Below, one piece after another: positions 38,001 through 50,750 of a stretch of DNA of 64,000 nucleotides. Numbering within the stretch: position 1 is the first letter of the stretch; every line of letters begins with the position of its first letter. Under the pieces are notes generated by a model. That model worked only from the letters and a program-made list of their open reading frames with translations. It did not search any database and was not told the origin of the DNA. This stretch comes from Camelus dromedarius (taxonomy: Eukaryota), in assembly GCF_036321535.1 (NCBI RefSeq), contig NC_087444.1, forward strand, positions 39,556,001 to 39,620,000, in the 5' to 3' direction. The position numbers were made by a program, and so were the translations under genes.

Positions 38001-38154
38001 GTTCTTTTTTTTTTTCTTTTAAATTTTTGTTTGGTACTTTTCATTTAACCTATGTTCAAACAACAAACTAGGCTCTCTGCATTATATTTTCATCCTTTTC
38101 CCTCAATAAACCACATTTCTTTCAGTGTGATGTCACAATAACAGATTCCTAATC

Positions 38155-39120
38155 AATTCTATTGAAGTATAATCTATATATGATATACTTTATACATGTG
38201 TATACAGAGTTTACTAAGTATTAAGATATATAAATACCCATTTATAGTCAGCTTCAACTTCTCTAACAGAAGTACCATAGACTGGGTGGTTTACACAGTA
38301 GAAACTTATGTTCTCACACTTCTGGAGGCTAGAAGTTGAGATTAAGATTCTTGTCTATTTGGTTTCTGGTAAGAGCTCTTTTCCTGGTTTACAGATGGGT
38401 CCCTTCTCTCTGTGTCCTCACATGGTGGAGAGAAATAGAAAGTGAGCTCTCTGGTGTCTTCTCATAAGGGCACTAGTCCGACTGAATCAGGGTGCCACCC
38501 TCATGACCTTATTTAGCCTTAGTTCTTCAAGACCTTGTCTCCACATACAGTCACTTTGAGGGTTAAATCTTCAACATATGGACTTCAGGTAGACACAGTT
38601 CATTCCATAGCATCCATGTTTTCACCATCTCTATCAAGATATAAAACATTTCCTTAACCAAGAAAAAAACAATTTATGTCTCTTTACATTTACCACACAC
38701 CCTCAAAAACAAATGAACAACAACAACAACAAATAAAACAAATCTAATAATCCACTGATCTTCTTTCTGTCCCTGTGTAGTACTGTACTTTCTCTTCTGT
38801 AGACTTCCATAGAAGTGGGTCATACAATGTTTATTCTTTTGTGTTTCCCTTCTTTTACTCTGTATGATGTTTCTGAGATGTGTCCATTTTGGCTTGTGTT
38901 TCTGTAGGGGTTTTTTTTTTTCCTTTTTATTCCTGAATCTGTAGCATTTCATTGTATGAATATACTATAATTTGTTTATCTGTTTACCTGTTGATAGACG
39001 GGTTGTTTCCAGTTTGGGACCATTATAAGTACAGCTGCTTTGAATTTTTATGTACAAATCTTTAAGAGAATGTATGTTTTTATTTCTTTTAGGTTAATAC
39101 CTATGGGTAGAATTTTATGT
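38155..39120 (-). mobile_element. L1 3' end (L1MB/L1MC-like), antisense, split by MLT1A
   Basis: ttctattgaagtataat...ctatcaagatataaaacatttcc...gttgtttccagtttgggaccattataagtacagctgct. Confidence 0.75.
38242..38612 (-). mobile_element. MLT1A-type MaLR LTR
   Basis: Ends ccatagca (reverse complement of the TGCTATGG start). Contains agtaccatagactgggtgg...tctggaggctagaag. Near-TSD cccat/tccat. Confidence 0.85.
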
Positions 39121-39199
39121 TCAGTTATGGTCTGATCATCATGAACTTGTGTATGTTTCTCTTTATACTTTGCTAGTGAAGATCTATAGAAAACTCAAG

Positions 39200-39870
39200 G
39201 TATTTTCCATGTTCCTCTAACATTTGAAGGAGTGAACTCCACTGTTTCCCTTGTAGATCTTATCAATCTTAGCTTTAGGCTTTCTTCATGGGGAGAGTAC
39301 ATCTTATCTTCATGTGTGGTCTTTGCTCCTAAGGCACAGCCTTTCTTATATCCTAAATGGTGCATAGCTAAGAATAAGATAATAAGGAAATCTTTCCACC
39401 CTGACAGGGCTGGAACTCTAAATCCTCAGACACTACCCTTCCCAATGCACTGCCTAATCTCTACCATCTCCTTCTGGTTTCAACTCCTTGGCAGATACTC
39501 TCTGATAAGCCTCAGGTGGCCCCACCCTGCACATGTACACCCCAGCCTTCAGCCACAAACTTGAGGGAGATCTCACATGAAATCCTGGGGCCCTTCTCTG
39601 AAGTTCCACTTTTCAGACTCAGCTGTCTTCATCTCTGATTTCTACTTCCTCAGCTTGGGGGGCAGCTGTACCCTGCTGAGACTTTGTCCTCATGTGATGA
39701 GAAGTTTTCCTGAGACAGATACCTGGGCAATGGGACACGCTTTATGAGCACTCCTTCCCTTGGAGATCACACAGCTGCACTGCCTGCTCTCTGAGTCTGA
39801 AAGTGTCACCTTGTGTACCTTGTCCACTTTTATCATCTTCATGGTGGGCATACTACCCTGGGATCTGGTA
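39200..39870 (-). mobile_element. Old L1 5' region fragment, antisense
   Basis: ccttcccttggagatcacacagctgcactgcctgctctctgagtctgaaag resembles L1ME/L1M4 5' ends. Confidence 0.45.
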
Positions 39871-41026
39871 CTACCTGAAACATGTGTTTGACAATGTAAT
39901 TTTAGCTACCCATCTACATGATGAAAATCTTTTAAAAATGTGTATATCACAATCAGATCAGTGTATTTTTCAAGGCCCTTCATGCCTGGCTCCTTGAGTT
40001 TGCTGTTTAGTCTTTCCTAATCTCATTCTCATTTCTGAAGTTCTAAATTTCTTACAAAGACCATGTTAGCTGCCACCCATGTCTACACACACGTTTCGTT
40101 GTTTGACACCCCAGCTTATACATGTGAAGAGAGTCGGGGTCCCTCAAATGCTTATGATATCATTTAAATATATTTGCCCCAATATATTGATAATAGGCTA
40201 CTGGGGGTATATGCAATAACTAAATGAACAAGAGTTCTGTGAATCACCCAAAGGGGAGAAAATAATCTTTTAAATTTTTTAAGTAGTAAATGACCAGATA
40301 TCAACAGAATCTATCAGATAAGCAAACAATACCAAGTTCTCCCTTTGTTCCAGGGGAGGAGTATGACTATTCTTTCGAAGTAAAAAATCAGGTATGAGAA
40401 GAGGGTGTTTTTTTTTTTTTAAATTTTCTTTAAAAATACTCTAAATGAGAGGACATAATGAAAAAGGATAATCACAAATTTTAAACATAAGAAATTTAGA
40501 AGAAATACTACCAAGGTATTCAACCTACCATATAAAGCTTTATAATTTTCATTCATTTACCTATCACATAGTTATGGACCACCTCCAATAAGTAGTTTTT
40601 ACTGGGGATGCACAAAGACAAATGAAGTATTCATCTCCCGGAATGCCCTTCCAAATTATTTCCTGATCATCCCCAAAGAGTGGAAAAATATTCCTCTTTA
40701 ATTGAAAAGTCCAAAACTTTGCAGCTTAAAAGACAGGACAATAAAGAAAACTCTCATATATCTCCCATTAGTTAAACAAAGATAGACGGAATGAGAAATG
40801 CTAGATTTTGTCACTATAGAAGGATGCTACTTCAAAGTAATTTAGTAAGATTTTGCTACAACAGTAGGACTAATAATTTCACCCAAAAGGATAACAATGG
40901 TATTCTCTCAGATTTTTCTTCAAATTGTTTCGGTATTCATGCTATTCATACTTTGATCATATCTAGTTGGACAGAGCAAGGGTTACTCTCTTTGTTTTCT
41001 ACATAGGAAACTTGAGCCTTTGTGAG

Positions 41027-41520
41027 TGTAGCAGGTGCTGTCAGTGCCCTGTCTGTACGTCCTCAGCTCTCATCCCTTCTGTGTGCATTGATGGTTTTCC
41101 ACTTCCAGACCTATGATGTTCTGACTCATGGTTTTCTCTGGCAGTTGGAGCAGGCTGGCCTCCACAGAGCAGACCAGAAATGATAGGGATCCATGCCTCT
41201 ACTGCAGTCTTCACTCAGGGATGACGAGAGTAGGTGGATAAATGTGCCACGTTCCTCACTCTTCTTCAGAGATGTGAGCTTGATACATGTTCTCTGAAGT
41301 GCCCCAGAGGTCTCCCAGAGGTCTCAAGTGGGGCTGAACCTTTTTACCCACAGTGAACCCACATTATTCCTTCATGTTCTCTGTATTTTCACTTCCTTCT
41401 CTTTCCCGTTATCTTCCCCATTTCTCTACTGTGCCTTCTAGAACTGCTTCTAAAGTAAAACACTTGCACACACATCTGTGTCGCAAGGTTGGTTGCTGGG
41501 GAAACAACCACATGAAGATG
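41027..41520 (+). mobile_element. LTR16-family ERVL solo LTR
   Basis: Starts tgtagcaggtgctgtcagtgccc. The 3' end reads agtaaaacacttgcacacac...gctggggaaacaaccacatgaagat. Confidence 0.75.
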
Positions 41521-41814
41521 AGCGACTACCTCAAAGTCACACAGCTAAGAACTCATAAAGGAGACACAAGGACATGTATATCCCAAACTCAAACACATGA
41601 TCATTTTTAGTCTCAAGAATTGCATGGAGATAAAGGTCTTCCTATGGTTGTTCCTCTTATGCCATCCTGTTAGCAAATGGCCCTTCACTCTACAATTAAA
41701 ATAAGGGCATTTAGCCCACTTACATTGATTTCCATTTCAGCTCTACTTCCCACTGCCTGGTGCCAATTAATGAATATTTTTGAAAGTCTAATTCAACGGA
41801 AATGACACGTCTTT

Positions 41815-41995
41815 GGGGTAAGAAATATCTGAGTTTAAATTTCTTTTCTACTTCTACTTTTCTGAATATTAATGTACTATTCCAAGTTTCAGGAGCTGCT
41901 TCTATTAAATGATGCTAATAGTAAAAGAATCTAAGTCATAGGGACTTTGCATGGATTAAATAAAATAATATGCATCAACTACTTAACGTGGCTTT
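41815..41995 (+). mobile_element. MIR
   Basis: tctgagtttaaatttc...gggactttgcatggattaaataaaataatatgcat. Confidence 0.5.
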
Positions 41996-42737
41996 GTTGT
42001 CACTACATACTTGACACCCTCTGATACGATAATGATTTCTTTCATGAGAGTAAAACTTTTTCATTTGATTTCATATCAGTGGCAGATTATTACTTGGAAT
42101 AAAATCAGGAGCTGGGATTTATTGATCTCTTGGAATGAATGGACAAATGTAAGACTTCTTATGTGAAGGAAAAAACACTGGCTATTTTAGTGAGCAGGTA
42201 GAGTTCCAGCAGAGAAGCAATCCTCTCATAGGCTTTGGAAAATCTGCCTATAGAACCATCACTCACAGGCTCAGGGACACTTAGAGAGCAAAGAGTCCTA
42301 TCTATTTCTACTAGTTGCTTTCTCACCGATACTCTCCCTGGCCCCAGATAGTAATATATGAAAGTTGAGCTTATCTGGAAGGCATTAAATTACTTCACTA
42401 CTTTTGTTTAAAAAACAGAATAATAATGCAGGTCTCTCTGGGCACAGTTGTCTATTCCTGACAATCCATAATGTGCTTTTATAAATAGCCAAGCCTTCTA
42501 ACCTTTGGCAATGCCAATGCAATAGCTATCAGCTATGAGGTGCCTTCAAGATGTCAAATCCTTTATGGATTTTATATGAATTTTCACACGGATGCAATGT
42601 AGGTAGAAAAAAAAAAAGAGACTCTAGTTTGTTAAGTTACCCTTTGAAGGTCAACAGCAAATGCTTGATGCTAGAGTTTGTTTTAATCCTGCTCTGTATG
42701 ATTTCAGCTTCTACATTTTTTTCAATTCATATTTTCT

Positions 42738-42867
42738 NNNNNNNNNNNNNNNNNNNNNNNNNNNNNNNNNNNNNNNNNNNNNNNNNNNNNNNNNNNNNNN
42801 NNNNNNNNNNNNNNNNNNNNNNNNNNNNNNNNNNNNNNNNNNNNNNNNNNNNNNNNNNNNNNNNNNN
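42738..42867. other. Assembly gap (130 N)
   Basis: Run of N. Confidence 1.
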
Positions 42868-42884
42868 CTTAACCAGCCTCAAAT

Positions 42885-43190
42885 ATGTTGACAGATGCAT
42901 TGAATAATTCATTTATTCTCTTGGATTCTGTTTTGCGAGCACCTAATTTGTGTCCCGCATTTTGAAAACCATCAAGAATGCAAAAATAACTAAGTTAGTT
43001 TTCACTCCAAAGATACATTCTCTAGTGGGGAAACAGGATTGAAAACAAATAATTATAAAGCAGTAATATTTGCTATGACATATGTTCCAAAATATGTTAT
43101 GGTAAAAGCTATGTAGGGAAAATGAATCTGACTTGAGGATTCTGCAATGTCTTCAAAAAAGCATAGATTTTGAGTCTGATAAAATTGAAT
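42885..43190 (-). mobile_element. L2 3' end, antisense
   Basis: gcgagcacctaatttgtgtccc...cattctctagtggggaaacagg. Confidence 0.55.
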
Positions 43191-43199
43191 ATGTTTGAG

Positions 43200-43440
43200 T
43201 TCCTACTACATGCCTGGTACTTATCTAACTGCTTCATGTACAAGAACTCTTTAATTCCTTATAATAACCATTTATCCTAAACAATCAAGGCAAATTTTAG
43301 CACAGCAAGATTAAAATAAATAAATGAAAAGCGGACAAGAGGGGTTGGCTGTCAGTGTCTCATAGCCATTAGGTGGCAGAAACAGAATTTGGATGCAGTC
43401 ATTCAGTCTAGCTCAGGAGCCTCTTTGCTTAACTCTTACT
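43200..43440 (-). mobile_element. MIR antisense
   Basis: ctactacatgcctggtac...aactctttaattccttataataacc...agaatttggatgcagtc...ctctttgcttaac. Confidence 0.55.
43365..43380 (+). promoter_or_regulatory. CTCF-like motif within MIR
   Basis: gccattaggtggcaga has one mismatch to the CCA[CG][CT]AG[AG][GT]GGC[AG][CG] core. Motif only. Confidence 0.3.
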
Positions 43441-44479
43441 GTATGCTTAACTAACTCTTACTAACAGAGTATGAGTTTGTCATAAGGAAGAAAAGGAAGG
43501 GAATGAAGGATTCTAAGGAAAAGAAGCATTGTGTGCTGTAATTGAGAAAGTCCTAAACCTAAGTGGTGACATTTCCAGACCAAGCTCTGTGATGTACCTT
43601 GAGTTAAGTTTTAGCCTTAGCAAATTTTGATGGGTACTTTCGGAACCCAACCTAATACACTGAAGTTGTCATTTACTTAAAAGCATCGATGCAGTCCTCA
43701 AGAGGCACCACAATTTCTAAAAAGATTGAATTACGTCCCGTGCATCTTGATGGTTTTAAAAAGTATGGCATCATGACTGCTTGAAGACAGATTCCAGGAA
43801 CTGGCCTTCTCAACCAGTGGGGAACTGATTATTTAGACCTTGGTTTGACCTACCTTCTGATATGCTTTTCAAACTAAACATCTATCTGACTTTCCTAACG
43901 TCCTTCCTTCTCAGCCACTAGGACCTGCTTGTACAAAAAAGTTCACATAGTACATATATGTTATTACTATGCTGAAGTCTCAAAGAGCCAGCATTCTTGA
44001 CAACTAAATTTAAAACTTAAATTTCATTCTTTTCATTTTGAAAATGTATGATTATTTTACTCCCAGTCTCCATCAGACTTTAATCAGAACCTGAAATACC
44101 ACCTTGCATCTTATCACCTTCTGTGAATTTTTTAGGAATTTAAGACTACCCTTGCCTTTAACCTTACATAGTTATCAATTGATATGAATTATATTACTTC
44201 AAAACTTAACAGCTTAAAAATCACAACCAGTTGATTATATCTTATGATTTGAATATTTGGCAGAAACAAAAGCCATGACAAATATTCAGTGACAAAGGTG
44301 AAAAACCAAGTGTGTGTGTGTGTGTGGGCGGAGGAGGGTGTAAACTCACTTATGTAATAACTAAATACTGAATATTTAATGTGTGCAAAATGTTGTTCTT
44401 AAGCATATTAGATTATCTTATGAACAGATGAAGAACCCTAACAAGTATATTCAAAAATATCAAACAGTTTGTATATAGA

Positions 44480-44950
44480 CACACACATGCATACACATTC
44501 ATGTAGTGTGTAGTTTTTAACGTTGCATTACATTGCTTAATATATATTTATATAGTAAATGAAACAATATATAAATATATTATGCATTCTTTAAATACTT
44601 CTCTTTTGTAGTATTTATGGTAAAAAACATTCTTTATATATACATATGCTAACACGCAATATTTAATACAGAAATACTGTGATAAAAATTACTACTCTAT
44701 CTCATAGTGAAACTGATATAAAAACAGATGGTTAATATATAGTGAGATCATATATTAATGCACATAGAAAGCATCAATTTCTTGTACAGATTGTCCTTAC
44801 TTGGTGGATTTGCAACTTTTGTGCACATGAATGTTTCTATTTGCATGAACAGAAATATTTTATCTCACTCTTTAATGTTTCTGCTCTAGGTTGGTACCAT
44901 TACCCAAAGGTAGCAGTTTGTCTTCACAATGTATCAGTATTCTTATATGT
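44480..44950 (-). mobile_element. L1ME-like 3' fragment, antisense
   Basis: cgttgcattacattgc...ctaggttggtaccattacccaaagg...cacaatgtatcagt. Confidence 0.45.
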
Positions 44951-45120
44951 CTGACTCATAAAAACTTCATGTGATTAAATACCAGGAAGGGAATGGGAAA
45001 AATGGAAAACAACTTATAAATCACCCACTAGGGCCTAGAGAATGGAAGGCACTTTGCCTGTCATCTTGTTGAACCATCATGCTGTTCTATGAAACAGATG
45101 TCTTTAATCTCAGTACTGAG

Positions 45121-45655
45121 TGTAGTAGGTAGAACCATGTCCCCCTCCCCCCAAAAGATATCATATCCCAAGCCACAGAACATGTGATTATGTTAGTTTA
45201 CATGGCACAAATGACTTTTATTATGTGATTAAGACTGTGCACCATGAGATGGGAAGATTCTCCTGGATGAGATCTCTAATTAATGAGTTGGTGGGTCCAA
45301 TATAACTACACAAATCCTTAAAAATGGAGAACCTTCCCCAGATGTGGTCAGAGGGAGATGGGACTATGAAAGATTGGTCAGAGAGATGCTATGTTACTGA
45401 CGTAGAAGATGGAGTGAGGGAGCCGGGAACCAAGGAGTGTTGCATGGGCTCTAGGAAACAGAGTAGGCAAGGAAACTGATTCTCTCCCAGAGCCTCCAGA
45501 AAGGAATGCAACCATGCTGACCACTTGATTTTATTACAGTGAGACCCAAGTTTGACTTTTGACCTAAAGAACTCTTTGATTAAAAAAAAAATTATATTGT
45601 TTTAAGCTGCTAAATTTTTGGTAACTTGTTACAACAGCAGTAGAAAACTAATCCA
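45121..45655 (+). mobile_element. MLT1D-type MaLR solo LTR
   Basis: Starts tgtagtaggtagaacc and ends gcagtagaaaactaatcca. Perfect 5-bp TSD CTGAG (45116-45120 and 45656-45660). Confidence 0.92.
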
Positions 45656-45682
45656 CTGAGAATGAAACAGAGGACCAGAGAA

Positions 45683-45684
<2 letters not shown>

Positions 45685-45732
<48 letters not shown>
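45685..45732. repeat. Perfect (AC)24 microsatellite
   Basis: Seen directly. Confidence 0.97.
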
Positions 45733-45739
<7 letters not shown>

Positions 45740-47060
45740 TCCTAGACTTAGACTGATCAGAGTCTGACTCTAGGCCACATAATCTCCCTATCACACTAGC
45801 CTGTGTTGGAGGACTATATTTTCTTTAGAAGTCTCTCTTTTGTAGAACAAGGACAGATTTTATAGCAAGAGGAAACATAATTTCTGGGGCTGACATGAAA
45901 ATACTTTCACAGAGTACAAATATAATATTATGACATCAAATTTTATGGAAGGTGAGTATAAGACATCATTTTGAAGAGCATGTCTGTGTCTTCTCTACAC
46001 TTACAGTAGAATCCATTGTCTGTTACGCCAGTGATGCCAAGTACTTTCACACCTGGCTGATAAATACCATCGTGCTGTCCTCTAATAGGAGATACTGTGC
46101 CACTGGAATGCACTTTAGTATTACCACAGAACAGTAACTTTAAAATGCAGTGTGCTTCACATTGCTCTTGTTTCTCTGTCCAAAAAATAAAGAATAACAT
46201 TCACAATTTCTAAAATATGAGAATATAGCAACAAAGGTTAAACAAACAGAATGCTAATAAATAAATCTAATCACATAGGCTTGTTCAAAAGTATATCACT
46301 TGTTTTGTATTAGTGTTTCTATTTTAAATTTCCCTGTTTTGAATTCTGTTTGATACTGTATGTCACACCAACCTTGTTTTTAATATGGTAAGATTTCAAA
46401 TAATTCCACTCCACATATTGTAACAAAATATGTCATTATGTAATGTAAAATTCCAATGTTTTCAGTGTATGTAAGAATGCATATATTATTGAAAATATAT
46501 TTTGTATGACGCTTTAGTATATGTGCATGCTTCTGAGTACTTATCCCCACCCACTTCCACCACCACAATCATTATGTTTAGGCTGTGTACTATAGTGTAT
46601 CCTGGGTATTAAACATAGTTTTTATTTCCAATGGCAACTCTGGATATTGAGTAGTTACTTTCTAAAATACTATTTTGAAATGGTTTCAGATGGCTCATCT
46701 AAGTGCCATGGGAAAGTATATGCATAATAAAGGATGCCATGGTCACAGGGGACATTGCTGGAAATTTACTTTTCATTTGCCAACTCTAAACTAAGTATGT
46801 GCAACATATATCCATGCACTGTTCTATTCCTTGTGTGCTTATGTGGGTTCGTGAATGCATTTTGTTTCAGGAAGTGATCCTTGAGATTACCAGTCAGGAA
46901 CTAGAAAGGGAAAATGAGGAAGAAGAAAAAGCCAACCTAAGGGGACATAATCAAACTGGTCATCATGATAAGCACCTGGGCCACTCTAAATGTATGCTGC
47001 AAAAGTTTGCTTTTGCAGCAATGACTGGAATAGAAAGTTGTACGTAAGAGATGGTTGAAA

Positions 47061-47107
47061 TAGATAGGTAGATAGGTAGATAGATAGACAGACAAATAGA
47101 TAGATAG
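47061..47107. repeat. Imperfect (GATA)n tetranucleotide repeat
   Basis: Seen directly. Confidence 0.9.
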
Positions 47108-47429
47108 AAAGAAGATAGAACCTTCATTTGCAAACATTTGTTTCCAACCAGTCTTTTTCCAAAAAGAATTTGCCAACCTTTTAAATGCAATGCATGTATA
47201 TTCATCCCCTCATGTACACGCACAGATGCAAATAATATCTGTGAGTGATTTTCCATGGTTTAAACCAGAGATGAGTAAGCCTTTCAATCAGTACATATAT
47301 TAATTTTGAACGTGCAGGGTACATCAGCAGTATCCAGGGCCATCTTAGTACAATTAAGTAAAGAAGCCTCACAGGTGAAGTAACGCCAACACAACGGTTG
47401 TGTATAGGGCTGAAATTCTCCACTCCTTG

Positions 47430-47605
47430 GTGGGGCTCTGGAAGGGGACCAATTATAAATAGTTTAGGCTTTGCAGGCTGTAAGGCCCCTGTGGCAACTA
47501 AGCAGCTCTGCTACTGCAGCACGAAAGGAGCCATGGAAAATAAGCAAACAAATGGGTGAGGCTGTGTTCCAGGAAAACTTTGTTTGGAAAAAAGTAAGTT
47601 TTATT
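47430..47605. mobile_element. MER58A hAT-Charlie MITE
   Basis: tttaggctttgcagg...gtggcaactaagcagctctgc...gcacgaaaggagccat...ggctgtgttccaggaaaactttg. Confidence 0.8.
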
Positions 47606-47639
47606 AATTGGAAAAATAATTTTTGTAACGTGACTCTCC

Positions 47640-47670
<31 letters not shown>

Positions 47671-47819
47671 ACATATATATTTATATGTATTTAGAAAATT
47701 AGATAATAAGAAGTTTGGAAACTAAAGATAATGAACAGAAATTACCAGGCAGCATCAGATCATGATGTGTTAAATCTTATCAAATAAACAGAATGAGTGA
47801 GAGGTCACATGCTGAGGTC

Positions 47820-48050
47820 ATAGGAAATAACATTAGGATTAAAATCAGGAAACCTAGTTTCTAATCCTTTCTCTGCTACTTCAGCTTAGTGATTTTAGGC
47901 AAAATACTTATATTATCTGTGCTTAAATTTCATCAGTTTTAAAATGAGAACAATATTAGAAACTTCCAAAACTGTTAAAAGTTAAGTGCAACCATGTGGA
48001 AATGCATCAGTGGTACCTGCCATATAATAGAACATTTAATAAATACCAGT
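47820..48050 (+). mobile_element. MIR
   Basis: ctagtttctaatcctttctctgctact...ttaggcaaaatactt...ttttaaaatgagaac...agtggtacctgccatataatagaacatttaataaat. Confidence 0.65.
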
Positions 48051-48192
48051 TAAATCTCAACCATAGCTTGCACAGGAGGTGTGATCATTTCAGTTACTGA
48101 AGGTGATTGCTGTGCCCACACAATCTGTGTGGATCTGCAGCAAAGAGAACATTTTACCTAAAATCACAAATCAGTTGTGTGAGAGTCCGTAA

Positions 48193-48209
48193 CAGCGCCT
48201 CCTGTTGGT
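48193..48209 (-). promoter_or_regulatory. CTCF-like motif
   Basis: The minus strand reads accaacaggaggcgctg: two mismatches to the core, CpG retained. Motif only. Confidence 0.35.
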
Positions 48210-49114
48210 GGTAGGACCCTAGTGGAGGTCTCTCAGAGGAATGACTGACTAAACAGGAATTCAGGTACCCCAGTGCCACCAGGTAATTCCTGAGGCTTCT
48301 CTACAACAGGAAGTTCTATGGTCCTGAAACACATTGCTGGTTGCTTTTAGGAAATGTAATTAACAATACTAAGCTTTCTAACTTTTAATAACAGCTGAAT
48401 TGATGAAGCAGAATTACCTTAGGGGATTTCAAGACAGAAGTCTTAGAAAGCAATTCATTTTGGCAAGTAAGAGCATGGCATCTCCCATCCTGAAAGATTA
48501 TTGCCTAATGGATGTGCTTCCCTAAGAGATAGGTAACTAACTACATGAGTCACTCAGAATGAGCTCATATCCTGGAAAAAAAAAAAAGCCTTTCCAGGAA
48601 TATATCACTAGAGGATGGGGAAACCTCATCAATTTCTTCAATAGGGTCAGCTTAGTGAGTTAAGCACAACTTCTTTTAGAATGGGCTTTAAACTCCAATA
48701 TCATGGAGTGAGAATTCACAGTTGCAACATTCACTTACCAAGGATCAATAAGCTTCATTCTCAAAACTCTTCCATCATCAGCAGGGAGACTCCTCTCCCC
48801 ACAGTTGCTGTCTTTCTTGACTGCTGTTTTGGAGTGCCCACTGTTTCAAGGAATGGGGAAAGCCCCTGTCAGAAGTGAGCGGAATTCAGCATGAAATCAG
48901 CCTTCTCACAACATCGGCTCTCTGGGAATGCATCTCCAAAGTCATTAAAGATTTATTCGAGTGCCTCTTAGGATGCTGCTTGTGTGAGGCATGGATGGGA
49001 GGGAGGGAGGAGCTGATGTCATCTTAATTGATCTAGGTCAGCAAAATATTCCAGTAGAGCCTTCTAGGAAGTTTTCTTATACCACTATTCAGTTATTTAG
49101 GTGATTTTCTCATT

Positions 49115-49310
49115 GCTGCCTAATGATGAGTTTTCATCCATTGATTTAAACAACATTCAGTGCTGCTTATTCCAGCTCAGATCTTGGTCTAAGTACTAGA
49201 ATTAATGTGATAAATAAAATGCCATCTCTATATTCAAGGAATTCATATTTTAGTTGGGAGAAATACATGAATTAGGAGTTATAAAATACATATGGTTATG
49301 TAATGGAGGT
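49115..49310 (-). mobile_element. L2 3' end, antisense
   Basis: tttcatccattgatttaaacaacattcagtg...ctctatattcaaggaattcatattttagttggg. Confidence 0.5.
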
Positions 49311-49619
49311 ATTTCCTTACTGTGTCTCACCCTCTCTGTGGACATTTCTCAACGAATAGACACAGATACAGAAGTGGGCAGTATTTACGATAGAGTTTGA
49401 TAATTTCAGCTAAGAATGTACTACATCACCTGCTGTTGCCTCCTTCTGCTTATTCACTTGATTTTCCTGGGTTTTCTCCTTGGCCAATCTTTTAAGTACT
49501 ATAACCATCATACCATCAGCAACTGTGATCCTCTCAACCCCACTGTTTGGAATTTGAGCTTAAATTATTCTTTTTTTCTTGTTTTAATCTTGGCACTGTT
49601 TCGTGCAAATTTTTAAGCA

Positions 49620-50750
49620 GGATAATGTGGCCTTATATACCCAGTTCTCTGGGGAAAAAATAGAACGCCCCTGCCTCCTCCCCAGGGTGTTCATTCTAGG
49701 AACTTCCTAAATTCATCCACCTCCACCCAAGCCCCCCAAAATGTTAGAGGGTCAGGGCATGATGTACATGATGTGCAGGAGATACAGTCTCATAGTCTTT
49801 CCTGGAAAGTCTTCTCAGAGGAGGCAATGTTTGAGATGAAACTTAATAGATAAAAGCATTTTGCTATGTAGGTAAGCTTAAAAGAGCATTCCAGCTGGAT
49901 AGATTTTCCTGTTCAATTGCCCAGAAAAGTACAAATATACTTCAAATGACCATAAAAATCACTGGGAATTGCCAAATGATCAAGTCAAAGATGGAGTGGC
50001 TAAGGGGGCATGGTTATAACATGAAGACACATGTAGAGGCTTGATAAACGTTCCGATTGTAACGGATACCACAATGAGCTACCAAAGGATACTAGCAAGA
50101 CAATGAATTAAAGAGACTGCATTATAATGAACAATCAAAGCAGTTGGATTAAAGAAAGCAAAGACTCAAAGTAAGGGATAATGACTAGAGCCAAGATGCC
50201 AAATGACAAGGGTCTGAAATGCAACAAAGTATCAGGGACGGGGAGCATGAAGAAAGAGAGTCTTGAAAATATTCGGTGTGTAGAGCCAGTGTCAGATTGG
50301 TAGACAGCAAGTTGGCAGAGCTACACACAGATTTGGAAGTCAGACAGAATCTGATTTGAAGATTTTTATTTGAAAGTTATCTGCATAGGCATAATAGCTG
50401 AAACCAGTGACATGACTCAAATTGGCTGGGGAGAATGTGCTGGATGAGAACAGAGTATCGTGGATACAGTCTAGAGATCATGAACGACCAGTCATTCAGC
50501 GTTTACTGATGGGCCTATTTTAGGCTTAAGATTGGTTAGCTTCAAGCCTCCAAAGAGAGAGAGGAGAGAGAGATAGGATGTAAGAGAAAGAATCTAACAT
50601 TTAAAATATTTTGAAAATATAAGCAAAACACAGAATGGCAGCACTCAAGTGCACTTAGTCATTCATCAATTAATTTTACAAAAACATTGAGGGAGCACCT
50701 CATGTGTCAGGCAACTCAGATGCAGCAGTGAGAGACAGAATCACATACAC
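49620..50750 (-). mobile_element. Degenerate L2 pieces, antisense
   Basis: ctcagaggaggcaatgtttgagatgaaac...gatggagtggc...; cattcatcaattaa...gagcacctcatgtgtcaggca. Confidence 0.55.

Noticed and set aside
42551-42912. ORFs spanning the N run
   Set aside because: Artefacts of translating an assembly gap.
47226-47233. Perfect octamer ATGCAAAT
   Set aside because: It occurs several times in the window, as expected for AT-rich DNA, with no accompanying promoter features.
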